64,000 bases of DNA from Amoebophrya sp. A120. Its lineage: Eukaryota > Protista > Dinoflagellata. Location of the stretch: NCBI GenBank assembly GCA_905178155.1, contig CAJINV010000004.1, forward strand, positions 6,116,828 to 6,180,827, read 5' to 3'. Position numbers and translations under genes: made by a program. This document shows positions 46,157 to 58,817 of this stretch, one piece after another. Each line of letters starts with the position of its first letter. The first letter of the stretch is position 1. A model generated the notes under the pieces. The model was given only the letters and a program-made list of their open reading frames with translations. It was not told the DNA's origin and searched no databases.

Positions 46157-49100
46157 TCAGGAGCGCCTGGCCTTTTTCTTGGCCTTCCCACAACTTCCCG
46201 GCGTCTCCTTCTGACTCCCACCGGGACCATGATCGTCCGGTCCCTGTTGTACTACTTGCTCTTCTTTTTCGGTCTTCGTCGTGCTGTCAGCTTCTTTCTT
46301 CTCTGCTCTCACCACAGCTCCGACTGCCGTTGTACCAGGCCGCGGCCCCGTCACGGGCTTCTGTGAGGTAGAGGGTGCTGAAACTACGGCTCCTGCAGCA
46401 GACTCCTTGTTCGACTCGCTCTCGCTGACCAAGTTCACCACTTCTTCTGCGCCGTTCCCGTTCTCCTGCGCCGATTTTTCGCTGTCGCTGATCAACTCGA
46501 TAACCTCTTTCTTGCTAGTTGTGTTTTCAACGCGCTTTGTTTCTTCTTCGCTAGTACGCGGATCGTGACTCCGAATGCTGTTCCGGCGGGACTTCTCAGT
46601 TTTCACAACCACAGGGTCTTCATAATCTGGCTTTACAAAAGGCAGCGGCGGGGCAGCAGATGCTTTCCCTTTCTCTGTGTTCTTACGATGGTCTTCTAGA
46701 GTAGTGCCACCTCGTCCACCCGGTAGAAGTACGATGTCCGGATCTGGTGCCTTTATTTCTCCTTCTCGTGGAACTTCCACCCTTTCAATTCCCAAATCAA
46801 CCAGACGAAGAAACGAGCTCCGCAGCCACCTAGCCGTCTGGTCGCATACGATATCAGAAACCGCCGGCTTGCGCTTGGTAGAAGAAACAGGCCGAGAACA
46901 TAAATCGATGAAATTTCTGTCCCTGCTCGCGACTTTCGCCCAAGTCCCCAGCCGCACCTGCTCCGCGTGAAGAATCAGGAGCCTTTCTTCCAGACTTACG
47001 GGAAGATTCTTGGTGGGCTCGTTCTCAACGTTTCGAGGATGTTCTCGTGCTTCATTCCGGTTTCGTGCTAGTGATACAATTTTATCCGATAATCCTTGCG
47101 GTAAAACAAACCCACTTTCTGAGCCGTGGCGCGTGATGAGGTCGAAAATCTTGCTGGCCTTGGTGTCGCGTGATTTTGGGCACGGGATCTTCGTTTCCGA
47201 GGTGAGAAGTGGTTGCTTTAGGTGTGATGTCCTCGTAGTTGATAGGCCTTTTCCACGATGAACGTCACTATCACGACGGGAGGACGAGCGGATGAAATAT
47301 GGCAGAAAAAACCGATCCATCACGAGTCCGCAACTCTCACCCTTCCCCGCACACCGCAACGTCGCCATGGCCCTCGCCAACGGTGCTATTCGGACGAGGT
47401 CTCTCGTGTAAGAGGCCACGAGAAAGCGCCGGGTTAACTCCTGCGTCGCGGCAAAGGTGCGGTCTTCCAGGGAAAGGAAAGCATTTCGCGCGAAAAACCG
47501 GGTGCTCCGTATTGTCAAAAGGGACGAACTTTCGTTGTACAACGTCTTGACAGAAGTAGGGCGCATTATAGTAGTACAACCAACTTTCGCTGCCATTCCG
47601 AACAAGCCCAGCCCGTATTTCTCATCCACAGCACTCGCCGCGTTTGCAACCGGAAGACCCGAAAACCCCACCTCCGCACGCGCCTTGAACACCTCAAACC
47701 CCGGTGGATCCGCGAATACTAGCTGGTGTTCCTGTACCGGTGAGGCCCGAATCCAAGAATCCACCTTTGGGTTGCAAAACCAGACCTCGGCGTGGGTCGT
47801 TTGCTCAAAAGGAAGATCATCGGCCTGGTCTTGATCTTCGCTAGAGGTTGTATTGTGATTGGGAGCTGTCGTGAGTTTGATCGCGGTTATCAAACCAGAG
47901 GGTGCGACCACCACCTTGTTGGGCGTTACCGGAAGTGGCGGCGTAATCTTTTCAAGGCTGAAGGAAGAGGAGTTCAACAACACGAGGCGGCCAGGTCGGG
48001 GGTTGGCTTCTGATGCATTAGATCCCGCTGCTGGGCCACATGCTGCTACCTGGAGGACCTGGTCGCAAGTAGTAAATTGAAAAGAAAATCGAAACAGATT
48101 TCATTGAGATCTGCATCTTCTGCGTCTCGTAGCTACATTCGTACTTTTCTAGCCTTATTCCGAAATACTCCGCTTGCACTGTGCGACGACCACAAAACAA
48201 AACACTTACCTCCGGGCATGCCGACGCGAGTACGTAGGGTGCACTTTTGGTTAAATTTGCGGACTCCACGGGCACGGGGAGTACCACGCTGGGCACAATC
48301 GTCAAGCCGTGTTCGAAGTAGGAGAGAAACCGCCCCTCCTGCACCACAAGCGTGTTCAACGGGCCGTCCTGCTGTTTCGCGGTCACGTTTTCTAGCCACA
48401 CCTGCACGACGTTTCGCCCCGGAATCTCCATAAACTCCTCTCCAACTGGTTTTTCGGCCGCAATGCCAAAAGTGGAACTGGGTAGAAAACTTCTTCTAGA
48501 TCTAGTCGCCCACGATTCAGTTTCAGATTTTATTTCCCTCCACGGTTTCATCTCCCCTGTTTTCGTCTCGTCTGTAGCCTCCACGTCATGCGCATCAACG
48601 ACCCGGTCGCAGATCATGGAGCTCTTGCTCCTGATAAAGTTTCTCGCGTTTCTGCCGTTATTTTCTAGCGCTTCTAATCTGTGAATTTCTTCCATGAGAG
48701 GGAGAGACAGTGACCCAAATCTGCCCCATTCTCTTAATTGGATTTGATGTCCTGCTACGTCGGTATTTGATGTCGCTTTCATCAGTTCGTCAACCCCGCT
48801 CGCCAGGTCCGCTGCTATTTCAGCACGGTAAGCTTGAAGGTTTGGTCTTTCCGCACGACAATCGACATTGAGGTCCACATCGTCTTGTTCCTGGCCTTCT
48901 TCAAGAAGATCATCAAAATGATCTAGATTTTCCAAGCAAAAGTACTCCAATGTCTGCAGCAGTCGGACCCCGTCCTCAATTGTCACGGCAGCGCGTTCTT
49001 GGCTCGAAAGCTGATGCGGATCATCTACTTCCTCAAGCAAATGCTCTGCGATTGGGCTCACTTTAGCAACCGCGAGGTCGAGAAGCTGATCCGGTAGGTG

Positions 49101-52100
49101 CGTTACCTGGTTCAAATCAGCTCTTCCACAGTTGTATGCCGCGGTTCTTCGGTCACCGTCATGATTTGTTTTCTTTCCGCCGTTCGAATCGATTCGCCGT
49201 GCTGGATCGAGAAGATTTTCCGAACCACAGTCGGTGAAAGACGCGACATCGTAGTCAATCTCCAATCCGGTTGGCCCTACGAGAGTGATTGGGCGGATAT
49301 AGTCGAGCTTTTTTCTGATAGAAGTTGTACTAGGACAAATTGAATCCGCTACCGCTTCGTCCTCCTGTCCGCACGAGCTACTCCTGAACGTCGACGGAAA
49401 TAATTTCCGACACGTCTGCTGGAACATTTCGTCCTGGAGATCTTCCGCAGTTTTTGATGTAATTGTTTTCTTACTTGATGGTCTTTTCGTAGCAATCATA
49501 CCCTGCTCTGCTGCGCCCAGCCGCGCGTCAACACTTTCGTGCGATGCGGCCTCTCCACCAGATCCAGATCCAGGTCCCAGGGTTGATAATAAGAGGCCTA
49601 TCAACTCCTGTGTGTCATCTTCTGCTTCAAACGACCCGAAGGCCGCCGCAAGTTCTTCAAAAACAGTGGACAAAAGCTCAACGTTTGTTGAACACGAGCG
49701 CATCGAGGTTATTTCAGCGGTCTGATCCTCCACATCCTCGTTGTGTCTTTGTAATGCTGCATCGTGAAGATGTTCTTGTCCTTGTGTACGAAGTAGTAGT
49801 CCCTGCAACGCTTCGTCCAAGGAGAAAACCAAGGAATTTCCGGCGTGGAGGTGTTGGTCTACCTCTGCAGATGTTAACACCTTCTCCTCATCCTCGTTTT
49901 TGTATGGGTTGTTTTGCTTTTGACAAAGTCTGTTCATTATGCCAGGACAGACTTCATCGCCGGCGCCATGGTGAACGCAGAACTCCCTGGGGTCAAACGT
50001 CGTCGAATCCTCGGTTGTTTTATCAACGAGGATCTTCTCGTCATCTACTTCAGTGAAGGCCGCAGCTGCTGTTGAAGTTCTTGAAATTCTTCCCGCATAA
50101 CCAATGGCAGCTGTTGACCTACCTCCAAAAATCGCTTCCACTTCCTCCGGTGCCTCCATTGCCACCACATCCGACAACGTTCTGCTCCGCGCCAAGGAAT
50201 CCAGGATTTCCCCTTCCGTGAGCTGTTGCTTTCGCAAATTCCGGACTACTTTCTCGATGTTGTTATTCTCGAACAAGTCTCCTGCAGCTGCTCGGTGGTC
50301 TTGGTTTTTCTCGTGGTCCAAACAGGACACATCAGCTCCGGTGGCTTTGAAATCATCACAATGATCCCGCACATTTTCACTGTCGCCTGCTCGTAAAACT
50401 GCATTTGTTCCTTTTGCACCATTCATCACATCCCAAGCTATCCTTTCCCTTGCCTTCTTTTCGAAAAATTCCACGTTCATCCTGCTCGCCCTGTCCAGCC
50501 AGGGACAACTGCTTCGGATGAAGAAAAAGCCCCCCGTGTTCGTGCACAAAAGCAGCGTCTGGCCGTCGCGGGGGAGCACTATGTCGAAAACAATCCCCGC
50601 CTCGCGCGGTAGCGCGTCGTCGAACACCATGAGTGGCTGCCGCGCAGAGGAAGACCAGATGGTCACGGTATTCTCCTATCAAATGTAAAAATGTCTGGGT
50701 CTGGAAGCTTGCCAGGTTTGTGATGCATATTTTGGAAGGCTCGTGATGTCTGTGATGCATGCTCTAGCATGAGAGATTTTTCGAGGCCTTTGTGATGCCT
50801 CTATCGCATGAGAAACGCCCTCTCCACGTAGCACAAACTGGAGTCCTTTATTTGCTGGTCACGCAATCATGCTCGTACAGAGACAGCATTACAAGTTTAT
50901 ATCTTCCAGAACCAGACGCAGACAGTTTTACATTTGATATTTCCGGGCTGGTCACCATCGCGAACAAGGAGACGGGGTCGAAGTTCTTGTGTTCATCTTC
51001 GACTGCTGGTTGAGTCAAATTTGTCGCCGTGTCGTGTGCTCTCTGCTGCACGATTTGTTTATTTCCCAGCGTCCAGTGCGGAAAAATAGGCGAACAAGAT
51101 GAAGAAGCATGATTCTTACCTAGTAATGTCCGTGATAGTTCCTCTCTCGTCGTACCATCTGCCTGCTTGTTGTTCGGCCCCCGACTGGTAGTATCATCAC
51201 CTTCCCTCCCCTCCAGCAACGTCGGTGGATACAACAACTCGGGATTTTTCGTGCTGTCGACGCCTCTTGAACAAGATGTGTTTGCCAACATCAATTCTCG
51301 TCGAAGTTCCGCCGCGCTACTACTAGCACAGCCAACACGACCTTCTACATGATCCCCTTCGACGTCCTTCAATCGCCGGCACAGCGGCCCGTGCGCGATC
51401 AACGACACCCGATCCGAAGGCACGCTCAGCATTGTCAACGGCTGCTGCCAGTCGTCCCGGCCGTATATTGGTGCGACGTATTTGACGCGATTGTAGTTGC
51501 TTCTGCCGACATTGTGTTGTTGATCGTCGGATGAATTTTGATCGTACTCACCGTCTGAAAATGATTTATCGTCTTCACCATTTGCATTTATTTCTCGTTC
51601 TCCAAGAAGACTACCACCAGCAAACCGCTTCTCCTGGTAGGGTAGTAAACAGCTGCAACCCAGGGGGTCCCAGGTCGGGCGCGCGGACAGAATGATCTTC
51701 GACCGGTTTTTATCCTGTGCAAAAGTATCGCACTCGTATAATTGCAGTCACGCATTACAAATCTTTTTCTTCAGGAAAATCCGCATTACAAATTGCATTT
51801 CTCATGCTGAGGAAATTTGTAATGCATTTACAAAAATACGATACTTTTGCAGTTCATAGTTTTCCTCAGACATCTCGGCCCAGGCGTGGACCACGTCCGG
51901 CTTTAGCGTCCACACACTAGATTATTATAGTGAAAAATACCCAGACCCACAAAGTTTGTGATGCGGAGTTTCCAAATGAAAACTTTTTGTCATGCATGAA
52001 AGGAGTATGAATCTTTCTGATGCAGAGTCTCCTAGGCGTATATCGCATCGCTTGCATGACAAGCGCCGCTCTTGCGGGGATGATCTCGCGATTGGAAATC

Positions 52101-55100
52101 TGTGATGCTGATAGATGCACGAGGGTGAATGTTTCATTTGGAGAGGTTTGCAACAGAAATGCTCCCAAGTTCGGCGGTGGAGGCATTTTTCATTCTGATA
52201 TCGATGTTTTCGTTTTCCTAACCTTCTGTGTTCCTCCGGGTCCTCCGGAACTAGACGACGTTTTCACCACGATTTTGCGCTCCCACACAAAGGGTATGCA
52301 TTGCAAAAGCATCGTACTAGTATAAATCGCAACACAAATCTTTTCAGAAGGAAAATTGGAGTGTGTAATGCTGATTTGGCTAAGAAACAAGATTTTTCAT
52401 GCATGATTGCAATTAGTACGAACACGCTACTTTTGCAGAGCATAAAGGGTATCAAATTTCCGTTCGCGGTGGCGTGCATGGCAACGACCTGCTCTCCCCA
52501 CGGGTCGATTTGCGCTCCCACCCACCGGTGCATCGTGTCGTTTAGCAATTTCTTGCAGGATATGCATTGCAAATATGTCTGGGTCTGGAAGATTGGAAGA
52601 CTTGTCATGCACGTTTTGCATGATCCATGACGGCTGTGATGTATGCCCTAGCATCACAGATTTTCTGAGTGCTTCTTGATGCCTATCCTCCATGAGAAAT
52701 GCCCTCTCCACGTGGCAAAAACTGGACTCCTATTGCCTGTCATGATGATGATGTTGGCAGTGCGCCCTTAGAATCCAAAAATAGCATTACAAGTTGCATC
52801 CTTCCAGACCCAGACATTTTTGCATTTGATACAGGAGCTGATCGATTGCTGGAGCTGATGAAGTGTTTCGTCATGGTGTAGCTTATTTTCCTGCATTTTT
52901 GTTGTTGCAAGAGACGACTTGGAAGATTTCAATTTATTTCCAGTTGCTCTCCTGCTGTTTTGCAGTAAAACTAGGCGCATCTTCCTTCTCCTGGCTCTTT
53001 CCTCCAGCTCTTCGACCCTTCCCTGCACCAATTTGTGAAATTTCGCATCTGACACCGTCCACTTTTGCAGCCGCTGTCCGTTCGACGTGTCCACCAGGTG
53101 GACGTGCCCGCAGTCCGTGGCGATCACCATCTCCTTTGGGTTGGCCTTGCACCAGGATAAATCGGTCACCTCACACTCCACCGCCATCCCGCTGACCATC
53201 GCCTCCGCGGAGAAACGGTACGTGCGGACCCGCTTCCAACTAATGTTGAAGTGCCTGAAGGCGGCAAGGGACCGGAAACAGGTCTGCAGAAACGCACTGC
53301 TCTTCGGATCCACTTTTGCGGGCAGGACCGACGTGTTCGCGGTCGGCTCCCAGAGCATCACGTTGCCGTCGGCGCCGCCGGAGGCCAGCATCCGGGTCCT
53401 GGGATGCCACCGCACAACATTCACCGCTTCGTAGTGGTCGGTCAGAGACGCGACGGCCGAAGCCTCAAATTTCCTATCTTTATTGTCCCATTCCAAGTGC
53501 CAGATTTTCACCGTCTTGTCCGCGCCTGCCGTGGCGAGTAATTCCAAAAGCTGGTCGGTTGAAGACGTCAAATCCATGCACAGAATCTGTTTTCCGTCCT
53601 CGTGCGTAACTTCCCCCAGCGCGCCCGCACAGACGCTGTGGGATGATGTGGCGAACATGGTATTGTGGTCGTGAGGATCTCTTATTTGCTGGTCGTGTGC
53701 TAGGTCTGAGTTGTTACCCAATGCATCGCCAGACGCGGCGGTGCTCGCTTTCTGCAGTCTTTTCTGCTCCAGCTTGTGCAGGTCTCGCCAGGTGAACCGC
53801 TTTTTCTTTTTTTTCTTCTTCAACCTTTTCTCGCGGCGGCCTTCAGTAGATTTGCGCGTCGCTGTTATTTTTTGGCTTCTTGTTGCATGAGAAGAGTTGT
53901 TGTAGTTCCCTTTAGATTTATTCTTGTTCCCAGCGGCACTCGCCCTTCGATTCTTACACCTCTGAGCCTCAGTTTGCAGCTTCAAAACCTCTGCCTCCTC
54001 ATCCTCTTCTTCGCCCTCGTAAATGGTGGCGAGCGAAGGCTTCCGCGACGCCCGGACACGCCAGCCCGGAGGTGCTCCTACTGGCGTGGTATAGTAGCCA
54101 TTGCCATCCTCATCTTCATCCCTGCTGCTGTTCACCTCCGGGCCAAAGCCGGGTGGCGAGGAATCTGAGGTTGTTTTCTGATCTTCTTGATGTTCTTGTT
54201 GACCATGATCTTCTGCTTCACTTTTACTCTTTGCCGATGATGATGCTGTTGATGCTCCTGCTGTGACAGAACTTCTAGGTGATGCTGCTTTATTATTCCC
54301 TGCTTCCTGTTTCTGCCGTTTCGGTAAGGGAGCTCCTGCGATGTTGATCTCGTCCTTATCTTCCTCGTCACTAACAGGCGGCTCTGACGATGAAGACGAA
54401 GATGAGTTAAAACGATCTGACGAAGGGGCTGACCTTCTTCTTTTCCTGGCAAGACCTCGAGAAGAACAAGTTCTGTCAGGAACATCATCGTCGTCTTCTT
54501 CCTCGCACGAGCTGAATTCCGCCAGATCCTCAGACCCTTCGCTGCTGTTTATGCATTGCAAAAGCATCGTACTAGTTTACATCGCATCACAAATTTTCCC
54601 GAGAACAAAAATGCAGTTTGTCATGCTGGACAAGGTAGAAAACTAGATTTGTAATGCATGCCTGCCATTACTACGGGTACGATACTTTTGCACAGGATAC
54701 TGTTCCCCTCCGAACTATCGTCGTCGTCCATCCGCATGCGGGGGTCGAAATGGAGTGCGCGAAAGTCCCGGTGGTCGACCAGGTCGTCCAGCAGCAGCTG
54801 CGCAAGCCGCTTGTGCTTCAGCAGCCTCACGTTTGCCTGGGACACCGGGTTATCAAATGTAAAAGTGTCTGGGTCTGGAAGAATGCAAGGCTTGTCATGC
54901 TTGTCTAGCATGACCCATGATGCTTGTAATGCATGACCCAGCATCACAGATTTTTGGAAGGCTTCCTGATGCCATTTCCGCATGACAAGTGCCATCCTCG
55001 CGGAGCACAAATGTGGCTCCTCTTGCTGGTCATGCAATACAGATTTTTTTAGCATCCAAAGTTAGCATCACAAGTTCCGACCTTCCAGACCCAGACATTT

Positions 55101-57703
55101 TTGCATTTGATGCGGGTCGCGGCTGCCCGTGAATAGCTGGAGCAGCTCCTCTATCCTGTGCGAAAGTATCGTACTTTCGCAAGGTATATCCGCATCACAA
55201 ATTCTATTTCTCACGCTGAGGAAATTTGTAATGCATTTATACGAGTACGATACTTTTGCAATTCATATCCTCCAGCTCGCGAATTGTCAGGTCGCCGAAT
55301 CGTAGGAACGACTTCAAGTCAAAATAAGACGTTGCGACTTCTTGTTCATCCCTTTGGAGGTCGTGTCCCGCATGTTCCTCTTGACCCCCGACTGCTTGTT
55401 TGGTCGAAGTAGTGGGCAAGGCGGCTAAAATTTTCAGATTTTCTTCCCTTTCCCGTAATTTCTCCTTGGCCATGGCTTCGACTAACAGGTCGGGTAACAG
55501 TGACATCTTCGAGCTTCGAGACCGAGTTGTAAGCTGTGAGAGGAAGAGCGATTCATTTTGCCTGCTTGTTCTTGCTGAAGGTGAAGGGGTAGAAGTTTTA
55601 CGATTTTGAATGCAGCCAAAAGATGTTGACGAGACTGCGGTAGTTTTGCGGCCACTTCGAGGATTTTTCGGATAATTGCTCAACGACTCCAGAGGTATAA
55701 TTTTTCGGAGCTGTCGAGTCCCGTCGCCCGCACAGGAAGAACCCGTAGCTTTATTTTCGTATCCCACGAAAAAACTGTTTCACTGTGATGGAAGTTTTGC
55801 AAGATCCGCATCACAAGTTTGCTACACATGCCAGGGAAAATTTGCCATGCGCGCTTCCCAAGGGAAAAGACGCTTAAAAATCCAATGCCTTGCAGGTGCA
55901 GCAAGACAAATAGTTCTGTGTTCCACTCTCTGCATGACAAGTTTACAGTGGAACAGTTTTTTCTTGCGATATTTCGCCGTCGTCGTCCACCGGCAGAAAC
56001 GTCTCACATGAACCGTAGAGCCGCCTGCCGTCCGTTATGCATTGCAAAAGCATCGTGCTAGTACAAATTGCATCACAAATTTTGGTAAGAAGGGAAGTGG
56101 AATTTGTAATGCTGTTTTCCCTTAGGGAAAATATTTGTCATGCATATTTTTTTTTTTTTTTGATTGGGCCCCGCTCTGTTGACGCATATAAATTCATCAC
56201 TAAAACTAGGGGGCCGGTGTGCGTTACTTAACATGTGAAGCAGTTCTACGAATTCACCTGCCTGCCGCAGCAGGTCAAACAGGGCCGACACCTTTCACAC
56301 AGTTAAGCAGTGCGCGTGTATGCGTGCGTTTTTGTTTCATCTTTTTTTTGGTATTCTTACTTTCCGCTCTTGTCCCCTGCTCCAGCACATTGCACTGCGC
56401 ATCTTGTTCTCGCTTCGCTTCCGTTTTCCCCCTCCTCCCCCGCGTGCGTATCCACCTGGGCCTAGTCCCCCCCGTCCTGTAGCTCGAGCGGCTCGCTCAG
56501 GTCCCGCGATTGCATCCCCGCGGGGCTCGGGCTCGTGGCTGTTTTCCGTCATACCTCCTTGGTATGTCCTCGCTAGCAGGCAGATCCTGACTCCCCACTT
56601 TGCCGCACTGCGTCCAAGCCCGCTTTCGTTTTTCATGATGTTCTCTTCAAGCTTCGTGTCTGTTAGGGTGTATCTAGTTAGTCTGTAGTGTAAAAAGTAA
56701 AATAAAGCGATGCGGAAATCTTAAAGAGCTTACACTTGATTTAAAATCGTGCTAGCATCTTGCTTCTATTTCTAATCCCCGTTTCTTCCCCACAACCCAC
56801 GACCAGCCTCTGCTGGAAAAAAAGAAGTTCCCTGGTGAGTTTTTTAATAGTCGCAGCGGGTGGGGGGAGACCACATTGGTCTCCCCCCGCACGCTACTCG
56901 TCTGTTGTAGTATCTGCTTTGTATTTGTCATGCATATTTGCAATTACTACGAGTGCGATGCTTTTGCAAAGGATATCCGTGAGTAGTGACCAATTCGTTT
57001 CCGTAGCGAAAACCAAATTCCGGGCACGAGTCTTTATTCTATCGGCCCAATAGGACATCGGGATCGGTCGGTCCATGGCGAGAACAGACTCTCGTCGATC
57101 TTCCGATGTAGCAGATCCTAAGCCACCCTCGTCAACAGCATTTTTTTCATGTGCGTCCTCGAGGAGAGACGATCCAAAAATTTCCCGAGCTGGCTCCGGT
57201 AACTCAAGAACGTCGATGAATTTCTTCGGAGGCCCACAGGTGCTGCTGCTACTTATTGATGTACAAGAAGAGGTACTAGTTGACGTCGCGACAGCGCCGT
57301 GTTCGCCCTCGCGCTCCTTTCGGACCCCCAAAGAACTACCCTCAAGCTTGAAGTTATCAATACTCTGTAAAGCCGCGGCAACTTGCTCGACATCTATTTC
57401 TTCATCTTCTTTAGGCTGGTGGCCCTCCTGCGCCTCCTCGTCCTTGTTTGTCGAAGTCAACGCAGCAACTTTTAATATCGCGTCCCCATTCGTCCCCTTC
57501 TGTTTTTTGGAAACATTTTTGCTCCTCGGTGGCGATGGCGATGGCGATAGCGCTGGTACCGTAGTGGCACCTACTGCAGCCGAGCAAAATTGCTCTGCTT
57601 TTCGCATCCTGTCACGAAACTTCCGGACCATGAGCTGTGTGAACACGATGCCACGCCCAGACCCGGAAGAGTCGCTTGGTTCCGAAGAGGTAGATAACTC
57701 CAT
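46157..57703 (-). CDS. HIRA: HIRA-like WD40 histone chaperone, greatly expanded (10 introners + 1 GT-AG intron)
   Basis: VTHEDGKQILCMDL, LTDHYEAVNVVRWHP..LASGGADG, EVTDLSW, QIDPWGE, APIYGRDDW and VTIWSSSARQPLMVF, plus C-terminal VWFCNPKVDSW and LSLEDR, match the HIRA motif order. All junctions read in frame; GT-AG intron at 48059-48209. Confidence 0.7.
50677..50939. mobile_element. Introner family A (263 bp)
   Basis: Family A TIRs; TSD TCTCC/TTTCC. Confidence 0.93.
51711..51858. mobile_element. Introner family B (148 bp)
   Basis: Family B TIRs; TSD GTTTT/GTTTT. Confidence 0.93.
51923..52200. mobile_element. Introner family D (278 bp, opposite orientation to 8252)
   Basis: TIR TATTATAGTGAAAAAT / ATTTTTCATTCTGATA; TSD TAGAT/TCGAT. 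Confidence 0.9.
52295..52444. mobile_element. Introner family B (150 bp)
   Basis: Family B TIRs; TSD AAGGG/AAGGG. Confidence 0.93.
52561..52831. mobile_element. Introner family A (271 bp)
   Basis: Family A TIRs; TSD CAGGA/CAGGA. Confidence 0.94.
54550..54699. mobile_element. Introner family B (150 bp)
   Basis: Family B TIRs; TSD CTGTT/CTGTT. Confidence 0.93.
54851..55112. mobile_element. Introner family A (262 bp)
   Basis: Family A TIRs (terminal A>G at the right end); TSD CGGGT/CGGGT. Confidence 0.93.
55152..55267. mobile_element. Introner family B, internally deleted (116 bp)
   Basis: Family B TIRs; TSD TCCTC/TCCTC. Confidence 0.9.
55760..55971. mobile_element. Introner family J (212 bp)
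   Basis: TIR TATC.CA.GAAAAAACTGTT.CACTGT; TSD TTTCG/TTTCG. Confidence 0.92.
56036..56975. mobile_element. Introner family B enlarged to 940 bp by a nested insertion
   Basis: Family B TIRs; TSD TCCGT/TCCGT; 940 bp minus the 790-bp insert plus duplication leaves the standard 150 bp. Confidence 0.92.
56147..56921 (-). mobile_element. Poly(A)-tailed retroposed insertion (SINE, 5'-truncated LINE or retrocopy)
   Basis: 15-T run at 56147-56161; flanking duplication TATTTGTCATGCATA at 56132-56146 and 56922-56936. Confidence 0.85.
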
Positions 57704-58817
57704 TATAGATAGTTCATATGTAGATAGTTTTTACAACTCTTTATCTTTTCACATGTCAGTTTTCCTGATCTTGCGTGCCTGTCACCAGCCTCCGCAGGTC
57801 GTTGCGGTCGAGGTCGTGGTCTTCATACATTTTCACACTTATCATGGTTTGCTTTGTCATGCTCATGAGATTGGCTCGTTTACAGTTTAGTACGAAGTCT
57901 TGTCGCTGGAGGATGAAGTAAGCTGTGCTAGTAGAACCGAGTTTGACACGTATGAAACTTTAGGGCACCAGAGAGCTTAATGTTATAGAAAAAAAAGAAA
58001 ACGCCACATCAAAGGTGCTAACTACGGTAAAACATATATATTGTAGTGAGATCCACAGTGGCGACCGGAGAGTACTACACAAAAAACTCTTCTATCGCAC
58101 GCTTCCTGTGAAATGACTCACAAGATGGTATTGCGATGGCTACTTGACCTACTGCAAGCACAGCAGAGAGGCTCGAGGGTCAGGAAATGCATCGCGGACA
58201 GAACAATTACTCAGACCAGTTGACAATCGGTTAATATCTTAGTACGCAATCGAAGTGCAAGTTGAATGCCAAGGAGGATCTTCTGGGTAGTTGTACATGA
58301 TCTCTACATGAGTCAGTAACGGTTCATACTGTGCTCGTACCGTTACACAAAGCGTCAGAGATCTTGTTTGCGGTACAGAGGCAGAACCAGAATCACAGAA
58401 GCTGTTGAATAAAGCACTAGTAACCGTAAGCAACAGCACCTCCCTGAACACATCCGATCCTCCATCAGGCTTGTGAACAAGTCTTCGCAAGGGCATCTCT
58501 CTCGTCCACAAACGAGGATTGATGCCATCTGTTTTTGGTGAAAGTATCTCTGTCGTAGTGTTCTGTCGCCGTGAATGAACTTGTAATTGACATTGTGCCG
58601 TCCATTCTTGAGATTCTGAGTCCGCGTCTTGGTAATTGTTGACCACCTCATGCTAATCAATCGCATTCGCACAATCATGCCATATATGTTTTAGCCTCAG
58701 AGACAGGCCATCTTTCGTATAAGAAGCTCACCGCGATTAATACTTCTTCTACTTCAAACGCCTATTAACTGCCGCTGGAACATTTTTTGCGCTTCCTTCA
58801 GTACTCTATATTCAGTA

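Noticed and set aside
51711-56035. Repeat-spacer-like alternation resembling a CRISPR array
   Set aside because: The repeats are inverted termini of dispersed elements, the spacers are in-frame exons, spacing is irregular and no cas genes are present.
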